Assembly: GCA_000830275.1 (NCBI GenBank)
Contig: CP010424.1
Span: forward strand, 840,001-872,000
Direction: 5' to 3'
DNA length: 32,000 nt
DNA from: an archaeon GW2011_AR10
GTDB taxonomy: Archaea > Iainarchaeota > Iainarchaeia > Iainarchaeales > GW2011-AR10
Shown here: positions 8,709 through 17,700 of the stretch, one piece after another
Numbering within the stretch: the first letter of the stretch is position 1
Layout: the number at the start of each line of letters is the position of its first letter
Program-made: the position numbers and the translations under genes
Notes under the pieces: generated by a model
The model's input: only the letters and a program-made list of their open reading frames with translations
What the model was told of the DNA's origin: nothing
Databases searched by the model: none

Positions 8709-8767
8709 GTAATTCCACCTAACCACCGTTCGAAAACGGTGGAATTACCTGATTTAAAAAGGTAATT
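8709..8767. promoter_or_regulatory. Three-segment alternative hairpin element
   Basis: GTAATTCCACC (8709-8719) pairs with GGTGGAATTAC (8738-8748). AATTACC (8743-8749) can instead pair with GGTAATT (8761-8767). An inner hairpin, CCACCGTT-CGAA-AACGGTGG, is also possible. Confidence 0.35.
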
Positions 8768-8835
8768 GGTGAGAGAATATGTATTAAAATTACTGCTTAA
8801 AGCTTTTAATTGTTGTTAAAAGTTTAGGTGTTTTA

Positions 8836-9561
8836 ATGGATAAAGGCGGAATTGCTGTTGTCAGCTTCACTGGAAGGGAAACTGAAAGCGGAAGAGTCTT
8901 TGACACAACAGACGAAAAAACTGCAAGGGAAAGCGGCATTTACAGGGAGAACGCGATTTTCAGGCCAGTGCCAATAATACTCGGCAAAGGCGAGCTTATA
9001 AAGGGCTTAGAGGAAGAACTCGAAAAAATGAGGGAAGGAGAGCACAAAACGGTTAAGCTGCAGGCAGAAAAAGCATTTGGCCCGAGGAGAAAAGAACTTG
9101 TTGTTGTGGTGCCATTACAGGAATTCAAGAACAGAAACGTCCAGCCTTTCCCAGGCTTAGTAGTGGAACTCAACGACCGATATGGAAGGGTTCAAAGCGT
9201 TTCAGGCGGCAGAGTTAGAGTTGACTTGAACTCTGACTTGGCTGGAAAAGAAGTGGAGTACGACATTAAAGTGGAAAAAGAACTGAAAACAGGGAAAGAA
9301 CAAGTGCAGGCATTAACCGAGAAATTTTTCCCGCTGAAGGACAAGAAAATTGATGCACGCATTGAAGGCAAAGAGCTTGAGGTGAAGCTGCCTAACGGCC
9401 TGCCAAAAGAAATCAGCATCATAAAGGACGCTTACGCTAGAACAATCACCGAAAACATCAAGGGCATTGAAAAAGTAAGATTCGTTGAAGAATTCGAGAA
9501 GCTGAAAGAAGGAAAGACTGAAAAGAAAGCCGAAGAAGCCCCTGTAAAAGAAAAGAAATAA
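8836..9561 (+). CDS. Long-type FKBP peptidyl-prolyl cis-trans isomerase
   Basis: It has GRVFDTTDE and ILGKGELIKGLEEELEKMREGE FKBP core motifs, an insert-in-flap region, and a C-terminal extension typical of archaeal 26-30 kDa FKBPs. Confidence 0.85.
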   Translation: MDKGGIAVVSFTGRETESGRVFDTTDEKTARESGIYRENAIFRPVPIILGKGELIKGLEEELEKMREGEHKTVKLQAEKAFGPRRKELVVVVPLQEFKNRNVQPFPGLVVELNDRYGRVQSVSGGRVRVDLNSDLAGKEVEYDIKVEKELKTGKEQVQALTEKFFPLKDKKIDARIEGKELEVKLPNGLPKEISIIKDAYARTITENIKGIEKVRFVEEFEKLKEGKTEKKAEEAPVKEKK

Positions 9562-9702
9562 ATGATTGCCTTGGCTTACCATCATGAGTTTGTGTAGGCT
9601 GTTAAAGGCAGGAAACCACCGAAAAAAGGCTTTTAAATGTTGCGATTCACAACTGTTATAGTAGGCTTACCAAGCTAATTGTTTTTTTGTTTTGTGATTT
9701 TA

Positions 9703-10374
9703 ATGGATACAGACCCTAAAGACATTAAAACTGGCACTACAACTGTTGGATTGAAGACAGCTGATGCAATAGTGCTTGCAGCTGACATGCGCGCGAGCAT
9801 GGGGAACATTGCGTACGAGGAAGAGTCAGAGAAAATTTACAAAATAACAGAGAACATGGCAGCAACCAATGCAGGAAATGTGGGAGACTCCCTAACAATC
9901 ATAAGGTTTCTGAGAAGCCAGGTTAACTTGTACGAGTTTGAGCGCGGAGAAAAAATGACAATCAAAGCAGCGGCAACCCTGCTCAGCAACGTGCTGAACG
10001 CAACCCGCTATTATCCTTTCATTGTGCAGCTCATTTTGGGTGGAATGAACAACAAGCCGGAATTGTTCGAGGTAACGCCTTTTGGCGGAGTGCTTGAAAG
10101 GAAGAGGTACGCTGTAAGCGGTTCCGGAACAGATTTCGCGCTTAGCACCCTTGACCAGAATTACATGGAAGGAATGACCGAAGAGGAAGGCATCAAGCTT
10201 GCAATCAAGGCGATTGAGGCAGGAAAAAAGCGGGACATTTACTCTGGCGGAGTATCAGTCAGCGTAGTGGTTATTGATAGGGCTGGTGTGAAAGAAATAA
10301 GCCAGGAAATAGTCAAAAAGCACGTTCAGGAATTGAAGAAGGAACGGGTTGCTCCCGCAAAAACCAAGGTCTGA
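9703..10374 (+). CDS. psmB: Proteasome subunit beta
   Basis: A short propeptide (MDTDPKDIKTG) precedes the TTTVGLK Thr1 nucleophile, in an Ntn-hydrolase layout with GSGTDFA. The ORF-track start at 9679 is TTG, so the ATG at 9703 is preferred. Confidence 0.9.
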   Translation: MDTDPKDIKTGTTTVGLKTADAIVLAADMRASMGNIAYEEESEKIYKITENMAATNAGNVGDSLTIIRFLRSQVNLYEFERGEKMTIKAAATLLSNVLNATRYYPFIVQLILGGMNNKPELFEVTPFGGVLERKRYAVSGSGTDFALSTLDQNYMEGMTEEEGIKLAIKAIEAGKKRDIYSGGVSVSVVVIDRAGVKEISQEIVKKHVQELKKERVAPAKTKV

Positions 10375-10475
10375 AATCACCCATTTAGCCTTTTTTTGAA
10401 AAATTAGTTTCTTAATCGGCTCACAGAACTTAGGGGTAAACGATTCAACTAAAACACAGATATAAAGGAATTGCA

Positions 10476-12371
10476 ATGGACTACTTGAAGGAAACAAAGG
10501 AAGCAATTCAGAGCTACCTTCCAAGCGACACTGAAATAACAAGCGTTGAACTGGAAGGACCTGAAATAGCCATTTACACAAAGAATCCGAGGGCATTCTT
10601 TGAGAACGAAAACTACGTGGCAAAGATTGCATTCAACTTAAAGAAAAGAATAAATATCAGAACAGACAAGAGCCTGTTGATCCCTGAGGAAAAAGCAAAA
10701 AAGAAAATAGAGGAAATAGTGCCACAGGAAGCTCAAATAAAGGAAATAATGTTCAATGCCACTTTCAGCGAGGTAGTTATTGAGGCAATAAAGCCCGGCC
10801 TAGTCATTGGAAAAGGCGGTGAAACAAGCAAAAAAATCATTCTTGAAACAGGGTGGGTGCCAAACATTATCAGGGCGCCAACACAGGACAGCGAGATACT
10901 GAAAGGAATACGGCATCATTTGCACAAGTACAGCGCGGACAGGAAGAAAATTCTGCAGGAAACATCAAAACAAATTTATGGAGAGAAACCAAACCTTGAC
11001 AGCTGGGCTAGGCTGACTGCTTTAGGAAGCTTTAGAGAGGTTGGAAGAAGCTGCATTCTAGTGGAAACCCGCGACACCAAAGTAATGCTTGACTGCGGCA
11101 TAAATGTTGCAACGTATGAAGATCCATTCCCTTACCTTGATGCAATCCGCTTTCCGATAAACGAATTGGATGCACTGGTTATAAGCCACGCGCACTTAGA
11201 CCACTCGGGGTTTGCCCCTTATTTGTTTAAGCTTGGATATAAAGGCCCGGTTTATGTGACTGAACCAACCCGCGACCTTATGTGCTTGCTGCAGTTTGAC
11301 TACGTTGACGTTTTGACGAAAGAGGGAAGGGAGCCGCCTTACACTGAAAGAGATGTCAAGGAACAGTTAAAGCACTGCATTACAAGGAATTATAGAGAGG
11401 TAACAGACATTGCTCCTGACATGAGGCTGACATTCCACAATGCAGCGCACATTCTTGGAAGCGCTTCAGTGCACTTGCACATTGGAGAAGGAGGCCATAA
11501 CCTGGTTTACAGTGCGGACATAAAATATGGTTTTACAAGGCTGTTTGACCCGGTTGACATAAATTATCCAAGGCTTGAAACGCTCATCCTTGAAAGCACT
11601 TACGGAGCACAGGATGATATTCAACCGCAGAGGCAGGAAGCAGAGGAACAGCTTGTTAAAGTAATCAATGAAACAGTGAAGCAGGGCGGCAACGTGCTTA
11701 TACCTGTTTTTGCTGTTGGAAGAGCACAGGAAATAATGCTTGTAATTGAAAATGCTTACAGGAAAGGAACCCTTGACCAGAACACAAAGGCGTACATTGA
11801 TGGAATGACGAAGGAAGCATCAGCAATACACACTGCTTACCCTGAGTACCTTAGGAAAAGCGTTCAGAGGAGAGTGCTGCAGAATGACTCGCCTTTCACT
11901 TCTGAATTGTTCCAGGAAGCCGATTACAGTAAAAGAGAGGAAATAATTCAGAATGGTGGAAGCGTAATTGTTGCATCCTCTGGAATGCTTACAGGTGGGC
12001 CAAGCGTGTACTACTTGTATCAGCTTGCAGAAAACCCGAGGAATTCCCTCATATTTGTTGGATACCAGGGAGAAGGAAGCATTGGAAGAAAAATTCAGGG
12101 CGGCGTAAGAAGCCTGCCTATAACAGCAGGCAACGGCAAAACCAAGGACTTAAAGCTTAACCTGAAGGTTGAAACAGTTGAAGGTTTTTCAGGCCACTCT
12201 GACAGGCCCCAGCTTGTAAGCTATGTTAGGGACCTGAAACCAAAGCCAAAAAGAATTCTTGTAAACCACGGCGACAAGATTAAATGCATAGAGTTCAGCA
12301 AATTCTTGTCCAGCAGGTTCAGAATCAATGCCAATTCAATCAGAAACCTTGATGCAATCAGGCTGAAATAG
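10476..12371 (+). CDS. aCPSF1, a KH-domain beta-CASP metallo-beta-lactamase ribonuclease
   Basis: N-terminal KH motifs (GLVIGKGGETSKKI) are followed by the MBL motif HAHLDHSG and beta-CASP motifs near the C-terminus (FSGHSD, VNHGD). The 631-aa length is typical of aCPSF1. Confidence 0.9.
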   Translation: MDYLKETKEAIQSYLPSDTEITSVELEGPEIAIYTKNPRAFFENENYVAKIAFNLKKRINIRTDKSLLIPEEKAKKKIEEIVPQEAQIKEIMFNATFSEVVIEAIKPGLVIGKGGETSKKIILETGWVPNIIRAPTQDSEILKGIRHHLHKYSADRKKILQETSKQIYGEKPNLDSWARLTALGSFREVGRSCILVETRDTKVMLDCGINVATYEDPFPYLDAIRFPINELDALVISHAHLDHSGFAPYLFKLGYKGPVYVTEPTRDLMCLLQFDYVDVLTKEGREPPYTERDVKEQLKHCITRNYREVTDIAPDMRLTFHNAAHILGSASVHLHIGEGGHNLVYSADIKYGFTRLFDPVDINYPRLETLILESTYGAQDDIQPQRQEAEEQLVKVINETVKQGGNVLIPVFAVGRAQEIMLVIENAYRKGTLDQNTKAYIDGMTKEASAIHTAYPEYLRKSVQRRVLQNDSPFTSELFQEADYSKREEIIQNGGSVIVASSGMLTGGPSVYYLYQLAENPRNSLIFVGYQGEGSIGRKIQGGVRSLPITAGNGKTKDLKLNLKVETVEGFSGHSDRPQLVSYVRDLKPKPKRILVNHGDKIKCIEFSKFLSSRFRINANSIRNLDAIRLK

Positions 12372-12492
12372 CAAAACTTGCTTTAATTAATTTACCAGCT
12401 CTTAAAGGCACGCACAAAAATTTATTTAAACAATTTGTTAGAAAAAGAAACAATTTATTTGAAAAGCTAAAAGATTAGCTAAAAAACACACA

Positions 12493-12624
12493 TATACATA
12501 ATCGAAATTTTTTGGATTTTTTTGAAACAAATTTTATACATAAAAAAAACCAAATATACATAAGAAAAAAGGCTTATTTGAGCTTCTTTTTTCGAGAAAA
12601 GCTGTAAAAGTTCATTATACATAA
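12493..12624. repeat. Four dispersed copies of WTATACATAA in an AT-rich spacer
   Basis: TATACATAA occurs at 12493-12501, 12535-12543, 12555-12563 and 12616-12624, all in the same orientation. Surrounding short repeats include AAACAATTT x2 and AGCTAAAA x2. Confidence 0.6.
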
Positions 12625-12688
12625 AATGAAGCCTAATTCAGCGTTTTCTCACCGAAAAGTATTTAAATGAGTTAGATTATAGTACTTA

Positions 12689-12885
12689 GGTCGGGGAACA
12701 GAGCATGGATTCTTTTAATCTTTCGGGACACAGGCTCACAAATGAAAAGGAACTCATGGACGGCAGAGTCAAGGCCCTCTGCGAATGTCTTGAAAGAGGT
12801 GGAAAACAGTTAGCTGATTCCTCGATGGCTTTAAACAAAAATATCTCACGAGAATGAGGCAAGCCATCCCCTAGGCTTGCCTGCC
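12689..12885 (+). ncRNA. Candidate structured ncRNA, class unknown
   Basis: A TATA-like TATTTAAAT (12660-12668) lies about 25 nt before GGTCGGGG. The segment is visibly more GC-rich than its flanks and has no credible ORF on either strand. Hairpins: GCAGAG/CTCTGC, and a terminal 9-bp hairpin AGGCAAGCC/GGCTTGCCT (12857-12882). The strand assignment is tentative. Confidence 0.3.
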
Positions 12886-12913
12886 CCTTCTCTTTCTCTC
12901 CTTCTCTTTCTCT
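12886..12913. repeat. Perfect 14-nt tandem duplication CCTTCTCTTTCTCT x2 (polypyrimidine)
   Basis: The duplication was read directly at 12886-12899 and 12900-12913. It lies between the candidate RNA hairpin and the TATA-like TTTTATTTATTT of the fap7-like gene. Confidence 0.85.
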
Positions 12914-12947
12914 AATGCTTTTATTTATTTCCAAGTGATATTCTGCT

Positions 12948-13469
12948 ATGCGAATTCTTCTTACTGGCACCCCGGGGGTTGGAAAAACATCCATAGCAAG
13001 AGTGCTTGCCAGGAAACTCAAATACAGGCTTATTAACGAGTACTCATTTGCAGTGGAAAATGGCATAGGCGAGTGGGATGCTGAGGAAAACGAGCTGGTT
13101 GTGCCGCTGAAAAAGCTTGAGAAACTACTAAACAAGGAATTGAAGCGCTCGGATAACGTAATAGCAGAAGGCCATTTGCTCTGTGAGATAAGGCTTAAGG
13201 TGGATGTGGCAGTGCTTTTAAGAGTGCACCCTGAACTGCTTGAGGCAAGGCTTGAAGCAAAAAACTATAAGCCTGAAAAGATCATGGACAACATTTTCTG
13301 TGAGGGAATAGACTACTGCAAAAAGCACTTGGAGCGAAACTACCCCAAAGAAAAAATTGTAGAAGTGCAGGCAAGGAAAAGTATTAAAGAAACTGCAGAT
13401 ACAATATTGAAGGAGATTAAGAAGATTAAGAAGAGGGGGAAGAGGGTTAAAAAGAGGGGCAAAAAATGA
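12948..13469 (+). CDS. fap7: Fap7/AK6-like adenylate kinase (ribosome-maturation NTPase)
   Basis: It has the P-loop MRILLTGTPGVGKTS and is about 170 aa, matching the archaeal Fap7 layout. There is a polybasic C-terminal tail, KKIKKRGKRVKKRGKK. A TATA-like box about 25 nt upstream suggests a leaderless mRNA. Confidence 0.8.
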   Translation: MRILLTGTPGVGKTSIARVLARKLKYRLINEYSFAVENGIGEWDAEENELVVPLKKLEKLLNKELKRSDNVIAEGHLLCEIRLKVDVAVLLRVHPELLEARLEAKNYKPEKIMDNIFCEGIDYCKKHLERNYPKEKIVEVQARKSIKETADTILKEIKKIKKRGKRVKKRGKK

Positions 13470-14710
13470 GGCTTTTTTTTGTAGTTTTGCTGGTGTTGCT
13501 GCTTGCAAATGCAGCATTTGCAACAGTGTTAGAGGAAGTGCCCTTCAATACGCTAGGCCACGAGGACTTCATTATTGAGGGCACTAACCAGAGCAACTGC
13601 ACCGAAATAGAGTTCTTCAACTTTTCAGACCTGAACAATGCAATAAACCCTGTTCTGTCACTGCATGTGGAGTTCCTGCCAATACAGTCCAAAGACAGCC
13701 AAGTAACAATTTTCTTAAACAGCCAATACAAGGAGCTTGCTGAGCTGCGCGGAACTGATTTTCATGATGGGTGGGCGCGAGTAGAGGTTGACAACAACGA
13801 ATTGATGGAAAAAAATATGCTTAAGGTGTGCGGCAAGACAAGCCAGGCTGTAACAGGGCTGCAAATCAAGAGCGATTCGTTGATTGGTTTCTACCTCAAA
13901 CCTGATTTCAGAAAAGAGAACGCATTCACGCTTTCGGTGCCAGAAAAAAGCATAAAATTGGGGGAGGAATTCGAAGTAAAAGCAACTCTACATAACTACG
14001 GGGAGGTTGGAACCGCATTGCTGCTGAAGTACAGGAGAGAAGAACTCGAAAGGGAAACGCCTGAAACAGAGCTTGTTAGGGGAGACACAAGGCTGGATGC
14101 TTTTGTGCCAAAGTGCAGTGAACGGGATTCGAATGGAGCATGCATTTCCCCAGGGGAAATTGAATTCAGCTACTTTTTGAGGCCTGAAAAAGCAGGCCAA
14201 ATTTCGCTTCTGCCCTCAATTGCAGAATACACCAACATATTCGGTGAAACAGAAGTAATCGAGTCTGACAGGCCGAACATTTTTGTTGAAGAGCCGGAAA
14301 AAAAAATCAGGGCATTCATCAGGCTTGAAAAAGGAACCTACAATGCAGGAGAATCCGCAGATTTTACCTTGATTGTTTCAAACATTTCCACTGAACCAGT
14401 GCCAAATGTCGGGGTTTTCCTGAATGCTTTTGGGCTTGAAGTTGTTCAAGGAAAACGCTCTGAAACTATCGAGTTGCTGCAGCCAAAAGAGTCAATTGAG
14501 AGAAGCTTCAAGGTTACATCTAATTCAAGCGGCAAATTTGATGTTGGATGCAAAATAACCTACCTTGAAGAAGAGCTTATTGAATCAGAATGCCTTGCAG
14601 CGCCGATTGAGTTCAAAGAGAAAAGCATTGATTTGGGCATTGTTGCAGGAGCCTTTTTGTTCATTGTAGGCGCAGCAGTTTTCATATACATAATGTCTAG
14701 AAAAGAATGA
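13466..14710 (+). CDS. Secreted protein with Ig-like (CARDB/DUF11-like) domains and a C-terminal TM anchor
   Basis: Signal peptide MRLFFVVLLVLLLANAAFA. Two beta-sandwich-like segments are present (KLGEEFEVKATLHNYGEVG; GESADFTLIVSNISTEPVPNVGVFLN). The C-terminal TM is LGIVAGAFLFIVGAAVFIYIM. The start overlaps the fap7 stop as ATGA. Confidence 0.75.
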   Translation: MRLFFVVLLVLLLANAAFATVLEEVPFNTLGHEDFIIEGTNQSNCTEIEFFNFSDLNNAINPVLSLHVEFLPIQSKDSQVTIFLNSQYKELAELRGTDFHDGWARVEVDNNELMEKNMLKVCGKTSQAVTGLQIKSDSLIGFYLKPDFRKENAFTLSVPEKSIKLGEEFEVKATLHNYGEVGTALLLKYRREELERETPETELVRGDTRLDAFVPKCSERDSNGACISPGEIEFSYFLRPEKAGQISLLPSIAEYTNIFGETEVIESDRPNIFVEEPEKKIRAFIRLEKGTYNAGESADFTLIVSNISTEPVPNVGVFLNAFGLEVVQGKRSETIELLQPKESIERSFKVTSNSSGKFDVGCKITYLEEELIESECLAAPIEFKEKSIDLGIVAGAFLFIVGAAVFIYIMSRKE

Positions 14711-14757
14711 TTTAAAAAAACAAACAAAGTTTTAGCTAAATTATAAAATTATTTCTT

Positions 14758-17700
14758 CTACCCTTTGAAGTTTATTTTTTCCACCCTTAATTTCTGCTTT
14801 TCTGGCTGCCTGCTTTTCTTGTATCTAAAAAATGCCACGACTGCAATCACTCCAAGCAATGGGTAAACTGCCGAAGGAACAGAGAATTGCTCCGCATTGC
14901 TGAATGAAAGCAAGCCAGTTGCCCTGCTTGAGAGATTAATTGCCTCAACGTAGTTGCTTTGTTCTAGCTCGCTTTTTGCTTTCTCAATCAGCTGCCTTGC
15001 CTCCTCATTTGGGGGGGCAGCATTGTACTTTATGGCAGCAAAGTTGAATGCTGAAACAGAATCCTCTTTTAGTTTATCCAGGTCTCCTGCAAGCTCTTTT
15101 TCGATTCTTTCAAGCGAATTTATTGCAGTATCAAGCTCTGGTGAAAAAAAATTGGAAAGTTCCAATGCCTTAAATGGCTCCTTCTCGTTTATCGCTTCCA
15201 TAAATTCTGAGATGCTACTGCTGACACTCAATAGTTGCTCTGAGTTTGCCTTCTCCTCAAGTTTTTCCAAGCGCTCAACAGTTGTTGGTGCCACGTAATT
15301 GGAAGGAATGGCTGGAGAGGAAAGTGCTGACCTTAACAAGGAAATTTTCTCTGAAACAAGCTGCTTCAGCTCTTCAAATGCAGATGTTCTCTCCAGTATT
15401 TTGTTCAGCTTTTCTTTGGCTGACTTTTCAAGCAAAGAATTGAAGTCGAAAACTTTTTCGGAAAAAGTGCTAAGAAGGGTTTCGGCAACTGAAAGCTCCT
15501 GCCTTGAAATCGCCTCCTCTGCTTTTCTGCTCAGTTCAAGCAGTTCATCCCTTTCAGTGGAAATGCTGCCCTCATCCAATCCAACGGAAAACGCCTTGGA
15601 AAAAAAGTCGTTAGCAAGTTTTTCCAGCTTGTTCTTTTCTTCCAAAAACAGGCCGGAAATGCCGGCATAAGGTTTCTCTGCAATAACACTTCTTGCAAGA
15701 AGGAGTTCCGAAAAAGCTGCATTCAAGTCTTTTTCATTGAATAAGTTCTCTGCTTTCGACAAGTGAAGTTCTGCCTTCTGCAGTGATGATTGCATCTGCT
15801 CTGTGAAGTTCTCTTGACTAAAATCTTTTAGGAAAAGGTTTGCGAAAACTGGCTTCTGGCTGAAACCTTTTAGCCGCTCAAGTTCCCCCTTAAACTGATT
15901 CAGCTCCTGATGCAGTTCCCTCTCAAAAACCAGAAAATCTTGGCTCTTCTGTTCAAATCCGCTTTGCTCGTTTTCCAGAGAAGCGACAAGCTGGCTTAAA
16001 CCAATTATTGCTCCAATCGACTTCTCATTAACCAAATCACGGGATTCCTCCAAGCCCTCAATCTCCCCCAGCAAAAGGTCTGCTTTTGCCCTTAAACCCG
16101 GTTCATTAGAGCCATTAATCAGGGAAACCTTTTGCTTTAAAGAAGCCAGCACAGAAGTCCAGTACTGCTCATAATTGCTGACTTCCAGTGAGATGAAAAA
16201 CTGCTTTGGCTGGTTTGGAGGGAGTTCATCGAAAGTAACGGAAACACTTTCATCTGAAATCACTTCAACCGGAATGCTTTTGCCTGTTGAATCAAATGCT
16301 TTAAGCCAAGCAATGTTTCTTTCCTTAATTGGAAATGGCAGAAGCACTTTTGCTTTTTTTAGCTCGAATGCAAGCTTGTTCTTAACTGAAAAAGGGAAAG
16401 TGTAATCAAATCGGTTTTCATCAACTTTGTCCAGCTTTGGCTCATTAAACTCAACTTCTACCGGCTTCAAAACATTGAAGAAAACCCTGGCTTTCTCCTT
16501 TCCGGCAACGCTTTCAGCGAAAAACGCCAGCTTGCCGTCCAAAAAATGAAACTGCAGCTGCTTCTCGCGGAATATGACAGTAATGCTTTCCCTTTCAACT
16601 GTTAATGCTGGGTTGAATTCGCTCAGCACCAAAAGCTTTGGAATTAAAGCAGGGGCTTCAATTAATATTTCTCTTTCAAATAGCGCTTTATCTGAATCAA
16701 GGAAAAGCAGCTCATCAACATGGGTTGCTGTTGCAGGAACAGAGTTAAAGTCAACAGAGAAAACTGTTAGGCCAAGCGGCACAAAATTCAGGTCAACAAT
16801 CATCACGCCGTTGCTGAGTGAAACAGACTTAACGTTTGGAGTGGCATGAGAAAAAACAGCGCTGCCAGAATCCTTGGTTTCAAACCGCAGCTGCAGCGGA
16901 CCATCGAATTCTGCAAGGTTATTCCTTAAAGTGAATTTTTTTCTTGCTGAAAATGGTTCATTCGTTTTTGGAATCGAATCACTGAACAGTTCAATGCCCG
17001 CATTTTCCTGCAAGTAGTTTTGTAATGACTCCAAAAAAGTTTTTTTGGAATCCTGCCTTAGCTTGAAAGAGGATTCATTCAGCTGCTTTAGCTTGCCCAA
17101 AGCTTTCGAAAAGTTGAGTTGCGGGCCATCAAAGAAAGTTGATTCGCCTTCAAAGCGCTGCCTTAAACCAAAAAGTTCTTCAGCAGAAAAGCCATTGACT
17201 TTAGCAGTCTCCAGCAGCCCGAGGAGTTCAACAAATCGCTGGGAGGCAGAGTGGTTGGCAGCAATCGATTCAGCTTCAGGCAGTTCAGACAGGGAAGACT
17301 CAACCTTTTCTCTCAGGTTTTCACAGGAAGATAAAATGAACGGGCTTGAGGAAAAATCCAGAAACTTTAACTGGTTAAACAACGGCTGAAGCTCGGAAAA
17401 GGCATCTGACTCAGAAGAAGAGAAAGCCCTTTCAAGGAAATCAATGCACTCTTTCACTGAATTTGCTTGCTCCAAGCGGAAAACCTCCGGGTTTCCTAGT
17501 GCGGCTTTAAGGCTGGCAAAGCTCTCAAAAACAGGCTTGCAGTTCTGGAGCTTTTCTTTGGGCCGGGTTGAAGAGTTAAACCTGTTAACCCTCAGCCTTG
17601 TAACTGAAGCAAGGTCAGAGAGCAGAAAGTTTTCCTGCTCCCCAAAAGAAATTTTGTTGAGCTGCTGTTCCACCAAACTGATTCTTGACTCGCACAAGCC

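Noticed and set aside
8532-8726. 64-aa minus-strand ORF overlapping the start of the 7235-8599 gene and the hairpin element
   Set aside because: It overlaps a better-supported gene start, runs through the palindromic element, and has no SD.
8720-8742. tRNA T-arm-like CCACCGTTCGAAAACGGTGG, and GGGTCGTAGTTCGAGGG at 4553-4571
   Set aside because: No acceptor, D or anticodon arms can be built around either. The second lies inside a small ORF.
12372-12688. Replication origin (oriC) assignment for the AT-rich repeat spacer
   Set aside because: I see no ORB-like dyad with a G-string. The cdc6 gene is about 12 kb away and its own upstream region is outside the window. I keep this only as a low-probability hypothesis in the finding.
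12689-12885. Assigning the candidate ncRNA to SRP RNA or RNase P RNA
   Set aside because: I could not find the helix-8 signature (CAGGNCCGGAAGGNAGCAGC-like with a GGAA tetraloop). I also could not find the RNase P CR-I/CR-V motifs (GAGGAAAGUCC, ACAGAA..GGCUUA); there is only vague resemblance. I leave the class open.
12686-13135. 149-aa minus-strand ORF spanning the candidate ncRNA and the start of the fap7-like gene
   Set aside because: Its first half is antisense to a well-supported P-loop kinase gene and is S/F-rich low complexity. The remainder has no internal start with an SD. I treat it as an antisense artefact.
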